Positions 8,133-16,603 of a stretch of DNA of 64,000 bases are shown piece after piece (position 1 is the stretch's first letter; each line of letters begins with the position of its first letter). A program made the position numbers and the translations under genes. The DNA comes from Thermodesulfobacteriota bacterium (GTDB taxonomy: Bacteria > Desulfobacterota > Desulfarculia > JACQYL01). The notes beneath the pieces were generated by a model that did no database searches, was not told where the DNA came from, and saw nothing but the letters and a program-made list of their open reading frames with translations. Location of the stretch: NCBI GenBank assembly GCA_963675595.2, contig CAXXLZ010000002.1, positions 32,001 to 96,000 of the forward strand. Direction: 5' to 3'.

Positions 8133-8350
8133 GCAGGCCGTTGAAAAACGCGATCTGCGGCGTTGCACTGCATCCGTCGGCACGTGACGAAGCCGAACCA
8201 GAGAGCTTCCCTGCCGATTCAGAAGATGCAAGGAACGTTGGAAATCAGTGAAGAAACCTGTTGCTCCCTCAACCTCTCCGCCGAAGGCGGTGAGGCATTC
8301 TATAAAAGCTTTGAAGGGGACTGGGGGAAACTTTCTCGAAAGTTTCCCCC
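8133..8350 (+). repeat. Composite repeat: MITE end plus REP-like modules
   Basis: 8133-8183 matches the reverse complement of about 1622-1672; 8190-8296 matches the reverse complement of 1339-1410 with an insertion; hairpin GGGGGAAACTTTCTCGAAAGTTTCCCCC at about 8323-8350. Confidence 0.8.
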
Positions 8351-8407
8351 GTGAATGAAAACAATCCCCCGGCCTTTCGGCCGCAGCCTTACCATCAGCG
8401 GGGTTTC

Positions 8408-9097
8408 ATGCGTTATTACAGCGTCAATCTCGACATTCAGGACCGCACCTGCTTGGTGGTGGGAGGCGGAAACGTGGGGACCCGCAAGGTGCAGGGCCTG
8501 TTGCGGAGCGGCGCACGGGTGGTGCTGGTGTCCCCGGAGCTCACGGACGAACTGGCCGACCTGGTAAGCAGTGGCGTGATCCGGCACCAATGCCGGGAAT
8601 TTACGGAAGCCGACCTGGACGAGGCCTTTCTGGTGATCGTGGCCACGGACGATATGGACCTGAACCGGCGGGTGGCCGGTGCGGCCCTGTCCAAGCGGGT
8701 GCTGTGCAACGTGGTGGACCGGCCCGAGTTGTGCACCTTTGCGGTGCCGGCCGTGAGCGTCAAGGGCGATCTGGCCGTGGCCGTGTCCACCGGAGGCAAG
8801 AGCCCCGGTCTGGCCCGGCGTCTTCGAAAACAATTCGACGAGTTGCTTTCCCCGGCTTACGGTCCTTTCCTCGATCTGATGGGCGCTTTGAGGACCCGCC
8901 TGAAACTGCGCGGCAGCGGGTTCTACGCGGAAATGTCCAAACTCGACGCCCTGCTGGACTCTCCTTTGCTGGGCTGGATCGAGGAGAAGAATCAAGAGGC
9001 CGTGGAAACCTACGTATCCAATGTGATGGGGGAAGCTTTGACCCTGGACGAACTCGGCGTGTCGTTGGACGCACGGGAACCCGAACCATGGCGGTAG
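8408..9097 (+). CDS. sirC: Precorrin-2 dehydrogenase / sirohydrochlorin ferrochelatase (SirC/CysG N-terminal type)
   Basis: LVVGGGNVGTRKV, ATDD, CNVVDRPELCTF, AVSTGGKSP. Confidence 0.92.
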   Translation: MRYYSVNLDIQDRTCLVVGGGNVGTRKVQGLLRSGARVVLVSPELTDELADLVSSGVIRHQCREFTEADLDEAFLVIVATDDMDLNRRVAGAALSKRVLCNVVDRPELCTFAVPAVSVKGDLAVAVSTGGKSPGLARRLRKQFDELLSPAYGPFLDLMGALRTRLKLRGSGFYAEMSKLDALLDSPLLGWIEEKNQEAVETYVSNVMGEALTLDELGVSLDAREPEPWR

Positions 9098-9921
9098 GAT
9101 TTTTCTGGGCGGCTCTTTGCGCGTACCTGTTGGGCGCCGTGCTGTATGTTCTGTTCATCATCAAACAGCACACGCTCTTCAGCCGGGTGGGACTGGGCGC
9201 ACTGGGCGCCGGATTCGTGCTGCAGACCGTGCACCTGGTTCGGGTCTATTACGAAATCGGCTACTTTCCCGTGGTGAACCTCCCGCAATCCTTTTCCTTT
9301 TTCGCGTGGGCCCTGGTGGGCACGTTCTTCATCTTCCAGGCCCGTTTCAACCTGCGGGTCCTGGGGTCCTTTGTGGCCCCCCTGGCCGCGGTGCTGCTTA
9401 TCAGCTCGTCCCTGTTTCCCGTGGAATCCCTGCCGCAGAAGCCTTCGTACCACAGCATCTGGCTGCCCATACACGTGGTGTCCATGTTCCTGGGAAACGG
9501 AATCTTCGCGGTGGCCTTTCTGGTGGGCGTCATGTACCTGATCCAGGAACGGGCCATCAAGACCAAAAAGTTCGGGTTTTTCTTCCGCCGCCTGCCCTCT
9601 CTGGACCGGCTGGACGCTTTGAACTACGGATGCCTGGTTTCCGGTTTTCCTCTGCTGAGCCTGGGCATGATTACCGGAGCCATTTACGCGCAGGTGTCCT
9701 TGGGGGCCTACTGGCGTTGGGACCCCATGGAGGTCTGGTCACTCATCACCTGGCTGCTGTACGCGGCTTTTCTGCACCAGCGGCTCACCGTGGGGTGGCA
9801 GGGAAGGCGAGCCGCGATCATGGCCATCATCGGATTCACGATTTTGCTGTTTACCTTCCTGGGGGTGGGCACCCTGCTCACGGGGTATCATTCCTACGCC
9901 TTGCCGGGAGGACCGTCGTGA
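9088..9921 (+). CDS. ccsA: Cytochrome c assembly / heme-handling membrane protein (CcsA/HemX-like)
   Basis: Multiple TM helices, WLPIHV, LPSLDRLD, YWRWDPMEVWS tryptophan-rich domain; true start ATG 9088. Confidence 0.88.
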   Translation: MAVGFFWAALCAYLLGAVLYVLFIIKQHTLFSRVGLGALGAGFVLQTVHLVRVYYEIGYFPVVNLPQSFSFFAWALVGTFFIFQARFNLRVLGSFVAPLAAVLLISSSLFPVESLPQKPSYHSIWLPIHVVSMFLGNGIFAVAFLVGVMYLIQERAIKTKKFGFFFRRLPSLDRLDALNYGCLVSGFPLLSLGMITGAIYAQVSLGAYWRWDPMEVWSLITWLLYAAFLHQRLTVGWQGRRAAIMAIIGFTILLFTFLGVGTLLTGYHSYALPGGPS

Positions 9922-11216
9922 ACGTGGCGCTGGTGGGCATGAACCACAAAACCGCACCGGTGGAATTGCGGGAATGCATCGTGCCTCCGGAGGAGGGCCC
10001 GACCCAAGTCCTTGCCAGGATATCGGAGATCCACACGGTGGGGGAAGCCCTGTTCCTGAGCACCTGCAACCGGGTGGAGGCCCTGCTGGCCGCGGAGAGC
10101 CCCGAAGCCGCGGTGCGCGACGTGACGGCGTTCTTTTTGGCGCATCCGGAAGCGCGCTCCAAGGACGCGGCGGATTTCCTGTACATCCTCAACGGTCGCG
10201 AAGCGGTGTGCCACCTGTTTCGGGTGGCCGCCGGCCTGGACTCCATGGTCATCGGAGAACCCCAGATCCTCGGCCAACTCAAGGAAGCGTATCGCGTGGG
10301 CCTGGGGGGCGGATTCTGCGGAGTCATCCTCAACCGCCTGCTCCACAAGGCCTTTTCCGTGGCCAAGCGGGTGCGCACGGAAACGGGCATCGGCACGGCC
10401 GCGGTGAGCATCAGCTATGCCGCGGTGGAACTAGCCAAGAAAATTTTCGGGGATTTATCCGCCAAAAAGGTCCTGCTCATCGGCGCGGGAGAAATGGCCG
10501 AACTGGCGGTCCGGCATCTCGCGGCCAACGGGGTGCGTGAAATCCTGGTGGCCAATCGCACCTATGAACGGGCCATGGAACTGGCAAAGCAGTTCCATGG
10601 GGCGGCCGTGTCCATGCAGGAAATCGAGGAGCGTCTCAAGGAAGTGGATATGGTCATCTCCTCCACGGGCGCGCCGGGATACGTGGTGTCCCACAAGCAG
10701 GTCCACGGACTCATGCGCAGGAGAAAGAATCGCCCCCTGTTCTTCATCGACATCGCGGTGCCGCGGGACATCGATCCGCGCATCAACGACATGCCCAATA
10801 CCTACGTGTACGACATCGACGAACTCCAGGGCGTGGTGGAGCTCAACCTGCAGGAGCGAAAGCGGGAGGCGGTAAAGGCTGAGCGCATCGTGGAAGAGGA
10901 GGCGGTCAAGTTCGAACGGTGGCTGTCCACCCTGGACGCGGTGCCCACCATCAAGGAATTGTTCGAACGGGCCGAAGAAATCCGTCGGGCCGAGATTCGA
11001 AAAACGATGCCGCGCCTCGCGTCCCTGACGCCGGAACAGATTCGGGACATCGAGGCCATGAGCCACGCCATGGTGAAAAAACTGCTGCATCATCCGGTGG
11101 CGTTCCTCAAGGAACCTCGGAGACACGAAGAGAACCGACAAAGAGACCTGATTTTCGTAAGGCGGTTGTTCAATCTCGACGATCCGGACCAGGACACACT
11201 CATTGACGCTTCGTGA
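9918..11216 (+). CDS. hemA: Glutamyl-tRNA reductase
   Basis: GMNHKTAPVELRE, LSTCNRVE, GLDSMVIGEPQILGQ, IGAGEM, DIAVPRD; GTG start 9918 with GGAGG. Confidence 0.97.
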   Translation: MNVALVGMNHKTAPVELRECIVPPEEGPTQVLARISEIHTVGEALFLSTCNRVEALLAAESPEAAVRDVTAFFLAHPEARSKDAADFLYILNGREAVCHLFRVAAGLDSMVIGEPQILGQLKEAYRVGLGGGFCGVILNRLLHKAFSVAKRVRTETGIGTAAVSISYAAVELAKKIFGDLSAKKVLLIGAGEMAELAVRHLAANGVREILVANRTYERAMELAKQFHGAAVSMQEIEERLKEVDMVISSTGAPGYVVSHKQVHGLMRRRKNRPLFFIDIAVPRDIDPRINDMPNTYVYDIDELQGVVELNLQERKREAVKAERIVEEEAVKFERWLSTLDAVPTIKELFERAEEIRRAEIRKTMPRLASLTPEQIRDIEAMSHAMVKKLLHHPVAFLKEPRRHEENRQRDLIFVRRLFNLDDPDQDTLIDAS

Positions 11217-11281
11217 AGGCCGATGATAAAATCCTGAAAAAGAGGAGCCAAACGTGCTCAACGCCTGAATCGAGGGTGAAT

Positions 11282-11656
11282 ATGGCGGAAGTCATTGATC
11301 TTACCAACAAGAGGGCCCGGAAAAAGCAGGTCGGGCAACGCGACAGACTGGAATCGGCGCGCCGCGTCTTCCTGTGCAGCGGCTGCCCTTCGAGGTGCGC
11401 CAAGTGCGGCACGCAACTCGAATCCCGAGAGCACGACTGCTATTCCGGCGGGGGGGATTTCTCTTTCTGCGACATTTGCGCCTCCGAGTGGGAGGTCTTC
11501 GACAAGGCCCGTCGAGGAGAAGACGTGGAGCGGCAGTACTACCATAACCAGGCGTGGTTCACTCTGTGGGAGTCCTGGCTCACTTATCGAAAGGCCTTGA
11601 CCGAGTATCGGGACTCGGAAGATTTTAAACGATTGCTGATGGAACTGGACCAGTAA
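11282..11656 (+). CDS. Cys-rich hypothetical protein (metal-binding candidate)
   Basis: MAEVIDL...CSGCPSRCAKC...FCDIC; SD GAGG. Confidence 0.75.
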   Translation: MAEVIDLTNKRARKKQVGQRDRLESARRVFLCSGCPSRCAKCGTQLESREHDCYSGGGDFSFCDICASEWEVFDKARRGEDVERQYYHNQAWFTLWESWLTYRKALTEYRDSEDFKRLLMELDQ

Positions 11657-11674
11657 AGAGCGGAGGCGATATCC

Positions 11675-11878
11675 ATGTTTGGCATCGGAATGCCGGAGTT
11701 GATCATTATCCTGGTGATCATTCTGATCATTTTCGGAGCGGGGAAACTGCCCGAAATCGGGGGCGGCATCGGAAAAGGAATCAGGAATTTCAAGAAAGCG
11801 ACCAAAGAGCCCGACGAGATCGACGTGACTCCGGAGAAAAAGCGGGAAGAGCAGCAGGACGAGAACAAGAACGCCTGA
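11675..11878 (+). CDS. tatA: Twin-arginine translocase TatA/E
   Basis: [41 protein letters not shown]. Confidence 0.96.
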   Translation: MFGIGMPELIIILVIILIIFGAGKLPEIGGGIGKGIRNFKKATKEPDEIDVTPEKKREEQQDENKNA

Positions 11879-11989
11879 TTAACCGAGCGTATACGAAATT
11901 GGGAAATCCGCGGCCGTGCGCTGCGGATTTCGCTTTTTCCGCCCCCGTGCGCCTGGTGCGTGAGACGGCTCACGCACTTGAGGCGGGTT

Positions 11990-13855
11990 TCACTTCTTCT
12001 CGCGGAGGCATTCGGTCATGGCCAGGAGAAGCGCTTCCTGCAGCAACGCGGCGGTTTCAAAACGCTCCGTCGGTTTCTTGGCCAAGGCGCGACCGAAGAC
12101 CCGTCCCATGGATTCTGCAAAAGCCTCGTTGGGGTGCCGATAGGGCGTGGGGTCCTTGAAACAGATATTGTACATCATGGAAGAAGACGACGGCCCTTGG
12201 AACGGATGCTCCCCGCTCAACAACTCGTGGAGGATCACCGCCAAGGAGAACACGTCCGTGGCCGGGCTGAACGGCTCGCCGGAAAAGTGCTCCGGCGTGA
12301 AGTACGGACCGGCGCCCCGGTCCATGGTCATTGAAGGCGGCCGGATCGCGGTTTCGAAGCGATACAGGCCGAAGCCGTCGAGCTTCACCGTGAGTTCCCG
12401 GGACAGAAAGATATGGGAAGGATCCAGGGAAAGATGCAGGACACCCTCGTTATGGACCTGATCGAGAGCGCCGGCCACTCGAATTCCGATTTCCAGGCAG
12501 AGCCTGAAGGGGAGCTCCCGCCCGCTTTTTAGAAATTCCGAAAGATTCTCATCGTCGCCCGTATCCTGCACCACGTAGAAGGCGTTGTTCTCCCGACAGG
12601 TTTCGATGGTCGAAACAAGACAGGGAAATTTCAATCGACCCACGCGTTCCAGCATTTCCCAGGCCTCATCGATCATGCCGAAATCCGCGTCGGGAAAATC
12701 GTCGGGCAGGACCGCGTACCGAATCACCCGCACCTTTCGTTTCAATTCCTGGTCCGCGGCGAGAATGAGGGCTCCAGGCCCTCGCCGCTCTTCCTTCACG
12801 GGCAGGTACCGGCTCAGGAGAACCGTGGGTTCTTCGGGTTTGAGGGTGGTTCCCGTGAGGGCGAGGTGTCGCTTGAGACGGCGGGCGTCGCCGAAATCCG
12901 GGTTCAGTTTGAGCGCCTTGTCCAGGGCTTCCATGGCCTCCTGAGGCTGCTTGGATTCGAAAAAGGCCCTCGCCAGATTATAGTGCACGAAGGGATCGAA
13001 AGGATTGAGCTGCAGGGCCATTTGATAATTATGGATGGCCTTCCTGAGGTCCCCCGACTTTCGGTAGAGGATGCCGAGGGTGTTGTAGGGGTTCGTGCTC
13101 CCCGGATTGACCTGAAGGGCCATGAGAATGGCTTTTCGCGCCTCATCGAACTGGGTTCGTTCGATGAAGAGTTTCCCGCTCTTGAGCAGGTACTTCTCCG
13201 CCTCGTTGATGTCCCCTTTTTTGATATAGGCTTCACCCAAGCCGCGATAGGCCTCCGCGTACATGTGGTTGATTTCGATGGCCTTGCGAAACGCCCCGAT
13301 GGCCTCATCGAACCGACCCGCAGCCATGTAGCGATAGCCCTCGTCGTAATAATCCTCGGCCTTCAGGGGCTCGCCCACCGCCTGCTGGAAGGACTCGATG
13401 GCTTCGTCGAGTTTGCCCTCGTTGAGCAAACGGTGGCCCTTCTCTATGCGCTTCATTTTCGCGGCAAAGGACAGGCGTGCTTTGAGCAGTTGCACGGCCT
13501 TGTTTTCCATCGTGGATAAGGTGTAGGGTTTCAGGACATACCCGCTGACCCCCTCACAGATCGCCTCGATGATCTTGTTCTTCCTGTTCTCCTCCGTGAC
13601 CATGATGAAGGGAATGAGGAACAGGTTGGGATGGGACATCATTTTTTTCAGCAGGGCCATGTCTTCCGTGGAGGAAATCTCCCTTTCCGCAACCACGAGA
13701 TCGCAGCTGTGGGCTTTGAGCAGGTCCCAAGCGGATTCCAGGCTGTCCGCGGCCAGGACCTTCTTGAAACCCAAATCCTCGAACCCGGAGCGAAGCCGGT
13801 TCAACTCGGACCGAACGCGAAAGGCAAGCAAAATGGTGAAATCAAAGATGTTCAT
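11990..13855 (-). CDS. Receiver-like domain + TPR repeats + protein-kinase-like domain (both end domains degenerate)
   Basis: PFIMVT/GVSGYVLKPY receiver fold; TPR motifs (YNTLGILYR, HYNLARAF); kinase C-lobe YFTPE, TDVFSLAVILHELLSGEHPF; probable start MNIFDF at 13855. Confidence 0.85.
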   Translation of the reverse strand: MNIFDFTILLAFRVRSELNRLRSGFEDLGFKKVLAADSLESAWDLLKAHSCDLVVAEREISSTEDMALLKKMMSHPNLFLIPFIMVTEENRKNKIIEAICEGVSGYVLKPYTLSTMENKAVQLLKARLSFAAKMKRIEKGHRLLNEGKLDEAIESFQQAVGEPLKAEDYYDEGYRYMAAGRFDEAIGAFRKAIEINHMYAEAYRGLGEAYIKKGDINEAEKYLLKSGKLFIERTQFDEARKAILMALQVNPGSTNPYNTLGILYRKSGDLRKAIHNYQMALQLNPFDPFVHYNLARAFFESKQPQEAMEALDKALKLNPDFGDARRLKRHLALTGTTLKPEEPTVLLSRYLPVKEERRGPGALILAADQELKRKVRVIRYAVLPDDFPDADFGMIDEAWEMLERVGRLKFPCLVSTIETCRENNAFYVVQDTGDDENLSEFLKSGRELPFRLCLEIGIRVAGALDQVHNEGVLHLSLDPSHIFLSRELTVKLDGFGLYRFETAIRPPSMTMDRGAGPYFTPEHFSGEPFSPATDVFSLAVILHELLSGEHPFQGPSSSSMMYNICFKDPTPYRHPNEAFAESMGRVFGRALAKKPTERFETAALLQEALLLAMTECLREKK

Positions 13856-13936
13856 GTGCACTGCGCAAAATGGGGAGGAGGGAGGCCTGGAAATCCGACC
13901 GTGTAAACGAACCGGTCGATCCCGAATATATGACAA

Positions 13937-13965
13937 ACTTTAGGCAAGCGCCGACGAACTGTCAA
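13937..13965 (-). promoter_or_regulatory. Putative sigma70 promoter of the receiver-TPR-kinase gene
   Basis: TTGACA-17 bp-TAAAGT on the minus strand. Confidence 0.6.
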
Positions 13966-14033
13966 CTCCAAGGATCCGGCATGTCGAAGTTTCTTCAAAA
14001 AGCCCAGGGCGGAGGATTCCATGGCGCCTCGCC

Positions 14034-14061
14034 TTGACTCCGAGCGACTTTCTGTTAATAT
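14034..14061 (+). promoter_or_regulatory. Putative sigma70 promoter of lon
   Basis: TTGACT-16 bp-TAATAT with TG extension. Confidence 0.45.
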
Positions 14062-14105
14062 GCCCGGATGTTTGCTTCTATGTCCTTATATAAACTGAGA
14101 AAATC

Positions 14106-16541
14106 ATGACAGACGACAACAAGACCAATGAAGTGCCGGAGTTTCGATCTCCCATCGAGCAGTTTTACATTCCGGAACATATTCCCATGCTCCCCTTGAG
14201 GGACGTGGTCATCTTTTCGCACATGCTTCTTCCTCTTTTCGTCGGGAGGGAAAAGTCCGTTCGGGCCCTTGAGGATTCCTACGCCGCCCACCGGCTTATT
14301 TTTCTCGTGTCTCAGAAGAAACCCACGGTCGAAGACCCCAAGCCGGAAGATCTTTATGAAATGGGAACCGTGGGAATGATCATGAAGGTGCTGCGCGTTC
14401 CCGACGGTCGTTTCAAGATGCTGGTCCAAGGCATCACCAGGGCGCGGATCACCAAGTACGTGCAAACGTCTCCCCATTTCCTGGTAAGCGTCGAAATGGT
14501 GCCCGATGATTCACCTTTGGAAACCTCGCCCGAAACGGAAGCCCTGATTCGCACCGTACGCGACCAGGCCGAAAGAATCCTCTCCCTGAGGAGCCTGCTG
14601 AATCCGGACGTATTGGCGATTCTCAACAGCATCGATGATCCTGGACAACTGGCGGACCTGATGGCGTCCAACCTGCGCATTCAGGCCGAAGAGGCTCAGG
14701 AGATTCTGGAAATCCCCAACCCGGTGGATCGCCTGTCTCGAGTGACCCGCGCTTTGAGCAAGGAACTCGAGGTTTCCACCATGCAGGCCAAGATCCAGTC
14801 CGAGGCCAAAGAAGAAATCGGCAAGATGCAGCGGGATTACTACCTCCGCGAACAACTCCGGGCCATCCAGAAGGAACTGGGAGAGCTGGACGAACGCAAC
14901 GAGGAGGTGGAGGAATACCAGACCAAGATCAAGAAATCGCGCATGCCCAAGCCGTCGGAAAAGGAGGCCCTGAAGCAACTGGAGCGACTGGACCAGATGC
15001 ATCCCGACTCCGCCGAGGCCGCCGTGATCCGAACCTATCTGGACTGGCTGGTGGAGCTTCCCTGGAAGAAAAGCACCACGGATCAACTGGATGTAAAACG
15101 CGCCAAGACCATCCTGGATGAGGACCACTACAACCTGGTGAAGATCAAGGACCGGATTCTGGAATATCTGAGCGTGCGCAAGCTGAACCCGAAAATGAAG
15201 GGCCCCATCCTTTGCTTCATCGGTCCTCCGGGTACGGGCAAGACATCGTTGGGCAAGTCCATCGCTCGGGCCATGGGAAGGAAATTCACCCGCATTTCCC
15301 TCGGCGGCGTCCGCGATGAAGCGGAAATCAGAGGCCATCGCAGAACGTATGTGGGCGCCCTCCCCGGCAGAATCATTCAGGGGATCAAACAAGCGGGTTC
15401 CAACAACCCGGTGTTCATGATCGATGAAGTGGACAAGATCGGGACGGATTTTCGGGGAGACCCCTCCTCGGCCCTTCTCGAGGTGTTGGACCCGGAACAG
15501 AACGAAGCCTTCAGCGACCATTACCTGAATCTGCCCTTCGATCTGAGCAAGGCCATGTTCATCCTCACGGGCAACATGGAAGAGTCCATCCCCCACGCGC
15601 TCCGGGACCGGATGGAGGTGCTGAGACTGGCGGGCTACACGGAAGAGGAAAAGCTGGCCATCGCTTTCGACTACCTGCTGCCGAAGCAGATCAAGGAGCA
15701 CGGGCTTACCTCGGAGTACATCCGTTTCAGCAGGGATGCGGTGAAGACCATCATCTCCTCCTATACCCGAGAAGCCGGATTGCGAAACCTCGAACGGGAA
15801 ATCGGCTCCTTGTGCCGCAAGGTCGCCCGGCGTATCGCGGAAGGAGAGTCGGGTCCTTTCCAGGTCACCCGAAGCAATGTCCACGTCTACCTGGGACCAC
15901 CCAAGAACATCGACGACATGGAGCAGGAGACGGATGAAGTGGGCGTGGCCACGGGCCTTGCATGGACGGAAACCGGTGGAGAGATTCTTTTTGTGGAGGC
16001 TTCCCTGCTTAAGGGTAAAGGCAATCTTGTGCTGACGGGACAACTCGGAGACGTGATGAAGGAATCCGCTCAAGCGGCCCTGAGCTACGCCCGATCCCGC
16101 AGTGAGCATTTCGAACTGTATCCCGAGTTCCACGAGAAACTGGATTTCCACATCCACGTACCCGCCGGCGCCATACCCAAAGATGGTCCTTCGGCCGGAG
16201 TCACCATGGCCACGGCCATGATCTCCGCCTTGACGGACAGGCCCGTGCGTAGAAACGTGGCGATGACCGGAGAAATCACCCTTCGAGGCAAGGTACTGCC
16301 CATCGGCGGACTGAAGGAGAAGTCCCTGGCCGCGGCGAGGGCGCGTATCGATACCTTGATCCTGCCGGAAAAAAACCGGAAAGACCTGGCCGAGATTCCG
16401 GGCAACATCCGCCGCAAACTGAAGTTCGTTCCCGTAAGCCACATGGACCAGATTCTCAAGATCGCGCTTGGAGAACCCGTGTCTCGAACGGACGCGCCTT
16501 CCGAACCCACGGAGCCGACGAAGCGCAAGGCCGGTTTTTAG
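14106..16541 (+). CDS. lon: ATP-dependent protease La
   Basis: LON N-domain LPLRD, Walker A GPPGTGKTS, DEVDK, PKDGPSAG catalytic Ser, IGGLKEK. Confidence 0.98.
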   Translation: MTDDNKTNEVPEFRSPIEQFYIPEHIPMLPLRDVVIFSHMLLPLFVGREKSVRALEDSYAAHRLIFLVSQKKPTVEDPKPEDLYEMGTVGMIMKVLRVPDGRFKMLVQGITRARITKYVQTSPHFLVSVEMVPDDSPLETSPETEALIRTVRDQAERILSLRSLLNPDVLAILNSIDDPGQLADLMASNLRIQAEEAQEILEIPNPVDRLSRVTRALSKELEVSTMQAKIQSEAKEEIGKMQRDYYLREQLRAIQKELGELDERNEEVEEYQTKIKKSRMPKPSEKEALKQLERLDQMHPDSAEAAVIRTYLDWLVELPWKKSTTDQLDVKRAKTILDEDHYNLVKIKDRILEYLSVRKLNPKMKGPILCFIGPPGTGKTSLGKSIARAMGRKFTRISLGGVRDEAEIRGHRRTYVGALPGRIIQGIKQAGSNNPVFMIDEVDKIGTDFRGDPSSALLEVLDPEQNEAFSDHYLNLPFDLSKAMFILTGNMEESIPHALRDRMEVLRLAGYTEEEKLAIAFDYLLPKQIKEHGLTSEYIRFSRDAVKTIISSYTREAGLRNLEREIGSLCRKVARRIAEGESGPFQVTRSNVHVYLGPPKNIDDMEQETDEVGVATGLAWTETGGEILFVEASLLKGKGNLVLTGQLGDVMKESAQAALSYARSRSEHFELYPEFHEKLDFHIHVPAGAIPKDGPSAGVTMATAMISALTDRPVRRNVAMTGEITLRGKVLPIGGLKEKSLAAARARIDTLILPEKNRKDLAEIPGNIRRKLKFVPVSHMDQILKIALGEPVSRTDAPSEPTEPTKRKAGF

Positions 16542-16603
16542 CCGAATCGAGGGCGGCCCTCGATAAGTCCGCGCGGGAAAACGAACCATCGGGAGAGTGA
16601 CCC

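Noticed and set aside
8274-8282. CTCTCCGCC matching the tRNA-Ser 3' end as a possible att site
   Set aside because: Only 9 bp and part of the dispersed repeat module
8590-9917. Long N-terminal extensions on ccsA and hemA in the ORF track
   Set aside because: Artefacts of overlapping open frames; starts at 9088 and 9918 match family N-termini
14511-16589. 692-aa ORF antisense to lon, and similar long antisense ORFs over cinA, mdh, sufC, flgE and fliH
   Set aside because: Shadow frames expected from GC-rich codon bias; no motifs or SD
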